Translations under genes and position numbers: made by a program | NCBI GenBank assembly: GCA_963844945.1 | Contig: CAWJQZ010000019.1 | Coordinates: 48,775 to 112,774, forward strand | DNA length: 64,000 nt | Direction: 5' to 3' | Origin: an uncultured Chloroflexia bacterium | GTDB taxonomy: Bacteria; Chloroflexota; Limnocylindria; Limnocylindrales; CSP1-4 | Notes under the pieces: generated by a model | Told to the model about the DNA's origin: nothing | Seen by the model: only the letters and a program-made list of their open reading frames with translations | Database searches by the model: none | Part shown: one piece after another, positions 62,275 through 64,000 of the stretch | Layout of the letters: every line of letters starts with the position of its first letter | Position numbering within the stretch: the first letter of the stretch is position 1

Positions 62275-64000
62275 TCACGCCGGCACGGGTGCCGTCGACG
62301 TGGGCCGGTCGGTCCCGAACGAGACCGCGAGGGTGACGAGGAGTGCGACGAGGAGCGAGCCGGCGAGGAGGACGACCGCCGGGACGAGGTCGCCCGTCGT
62401 CCCGGTGATGCACGCGCGGAACGCGTCGGCGGCCCACGTCACCGGCAGGAACGGGTGGATGGCCTCGAGAGGGACGGGGAGCGTCGAGAAGGGGACCGGC
62501 GATGCGCACGCGGCCGCCTGCACCCCGCCGAAGAGGAGCCCGACGAGCCAGCCGCGGTCGCCGAACGCCACGACGAGCGCCTGGATGATCGCGGTGAACG
62601 CGGCCGCCGCGAGCGCCGCCACGGCGATCAGCGCCGGCAGCTGGGCCACGTCCATCCCGACCGCGAGGTCGAGCCCGGCGATCATGAGGACGGACCCCAC
62701 GATCCCGAGGCCGGCGGCCGCCCCGAACGATGCGACGGGCCCCGCCCACCAGCGCCGGCCGCGGCCGCGACGCCCGGCCGGCAGCACCAGGAACGCGACG
62801 AGCGCGCCGAGCCAGAGCGCGAGCGCCATCACGTACGGCGCGATCCCGGCCCCGGTCCCGCCGGACCCGGCTGCCGCGGAGGACGCGACGACCACGGGGT
62901 CGGCCGCGCGCTCGGCCACCGCCGGACGGGCGTCGCTGGACACCGCGCCGGACGAGGCCTTCGCCGCGTCGAGCCCCTCGGCGACCGTGGTGGCGTCGCC
63001 GGAGATGGTCGTGCCGTCCTGCGAGAGCAGCCCGGAGCGGGTCTCGATGACGCGCGCACCGTCGGCCATCTGGCCCACGGCGTTCTGCATCTGCGCGAGG
63101 CCGGACGCGGCCTGACTGGTCCCCTCGGCGAGCTTCGAGGCGCCCTGTGCGGTCGCGTCCGCCCCCCGCGCCACCGTGGAGGAGCCGGTCGCGAGCTGGG
63201 CGAGGCCCGACGAGAGCTGCGTCGCGCCCGACGCGACCTCGGCAGCGCCGGAGCTCGCCGTCGCGATCCCGTCGGCCAGCGCCGGCGTCCCCTCGGCGAG
63301 CGTCGTCGTCCCCGTCGAGAGCTGTGTCGCGCCCTCCGAGACCTGCGTGACGCCGGTGGAGAGCTGCGCCGCGCCCGTGGCCGACGACGCGATCGACTCG
63401 GTGAGCGTGGGCATCCCGGCCGCGAGACGCTCGGTGCCGGAGCTCAGCTGTGCCGCGCCATCGGCGAGTGCGGCCACCCCGTTCGAGAGCGCGACCGCTC
63501 CGGCCGCGGAGTCGGCGATCGCCGACTCGAGCTGCGGCGCCGCGGCCGCGGACTTCGCGGTCCCCTCGGCCACCGCCGCGGTCCCCTGGGCCAGACCGGC
63601 GGTCCCCTGGGCGACCTGGGACGTCCCGTCGGCGACGCCGTGCGCGCCCGTCGCGACCTGCGTCGCGCCGCCCGCGAGCGTCGTCCCCTGCGCCGCGAGG
63701 CCCGCGAGCTGGGCGCAGAACATGGCATTCGCACCCGACGTCGCGCACATGGCCGAGAGCCCGGAGACCCCCTGGGTGTACGCGCCGACCGACCCGGCGA
63801 ACGTGTCCGTCTGCGTCGCGAACGCGGCGGCGCCCTGCGCGGTCGCGGTCGCGCCGTTCGAGACGGTCGTCGCGAGCGATGCCACGTCCGCCGCGCCCTG
63901 CGCCAGCTTCGCGGCCCCGGCGCCCATCCCGGCCGTCCCCTGGGCGAGCGTCGTGAGCCCGGCGGCGAGCTTCTGCGCGCCGTCGGCCGTCGCCGTCGCC
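62275..64000 (-). CDS. YhgE/Pip-domain membrane protein (phage infection protein-like), N-terminus beyond window
   Basis: Long run of degenerate 11-residue helical repeats (AAQLSTGVTQVSEGATQLSTGTTTLAEGTPALADG...) followed by a C-terminal multi-TM domain. This architecture is characteristic of YhgE/Pip. Confidence 0.7.
   Translation of the reverse strand, partial: ATATADGAQKLAAGLTTLAQGTAGMGAGAAKLAQGAADVASLATTVSNGATATAQGAAAFATQTDTFAGSVGAYTQGVSGLSAMCATSGANAMFCAQLAGLAAQGTTLAGGATQVATGAHGVADGTSQVAQGTAGLAQGTAAVAEGTAKSAAAAPQLESAIADSAAGAVALSNGVAALADGAAQLSSGTERLAAGMPTLTESIASSATGAAQLSTGVTQVSEGATQLSTGTTTLAEGTPALADGIATASSGAAEVASGATQLSSGLAQLATGSSTVARGADATAQGASKLAEGTSQAASGLAQMQNAVGQMADGARVIETRSGLLSQDGTTISGDATTVAEGLDAAKASSGAVSSDARPAVAERAADPVVVASSAAAGSGGTGAGIAPYVMALALWLGALVAFLVLPAGRRGRGRRWWAGPVASFGAAAGLGIVGSVLMIAGLDLAVGMDVAQLPALIAVAALAAAAFTAIIQALVVAFGDRGWLVGLLFGGVQAAACASPVPFSTLPVPLEAIHPFLPVTWAADAFRACITGTTGDLVPAVVLLAGSLLVALLVTLAVSFGTDRPTSTAPVPA

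Overview
High-GC (~70-72%) actinobacterial-type chromosomal segment; F420-dependent enzymes and mycobacterial/streptomycete-type regulators point to an Actinobacteria-like host. The left ~22 kb holds glgP/glgA (divergent), a CBS/BON protein plus SAM methyltransferase, a beta-lactamase-like lipoprotein, a CapA-like lipoprotein, an ApbE/ferric-reductase-like flavinylation cluster, an OmpR-type response regulator with histidine kinase, GntR(HutC)-galK, an SRPBCC protein, a Big_2 secreted protein and a class-V aminotransferase. This part shows about 30 reading-frame disruptions. A complete tRNA-Gly(TCC) lies at 22487-22562. It is followed by a ~28 kb composite accessory island (about 22.6-50.5 kb) cut into seven segments by degenerate ~150-bp att-like repeats; copies A-F each embed the 3-prime ~47 nt of the same tRNA-Gly (terminal copy G only ~37 nt), and several copies also carry flanking copies of an 18-nt arm motif ACGACACGATAACTGGAC. 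The island carries mostly intact genes: methyltransferase, Ddn-like and LLM F420 enzymes, alpha/beta and MBL hydrolases, HAD plus 2H phosphoesterase, arylsulfatase, an AAA-wHTH regulator, a MarR-ABC exporter, an OatA-like acyltransferase and Gfo/Idh/MocA oxidoreductases. It also carries remnants of adenylyl-cyclase/LuxR-type regulator genes. No integrase and no phage structural genes are visible in the window. The right part holds a C_GCAxxG_C_C protein, DUF2938, a LacI-iolD-iolE-iolG inositol cluster with a near-consensus LacI operator, a YcaQ-like protein, a ferritin-like protein, a His/Asp/Ala-repeat membrane protein built on hexanucleotide repeats, and a partial YhgE/Pip protein. No CRISPR array and no rRNA were found.
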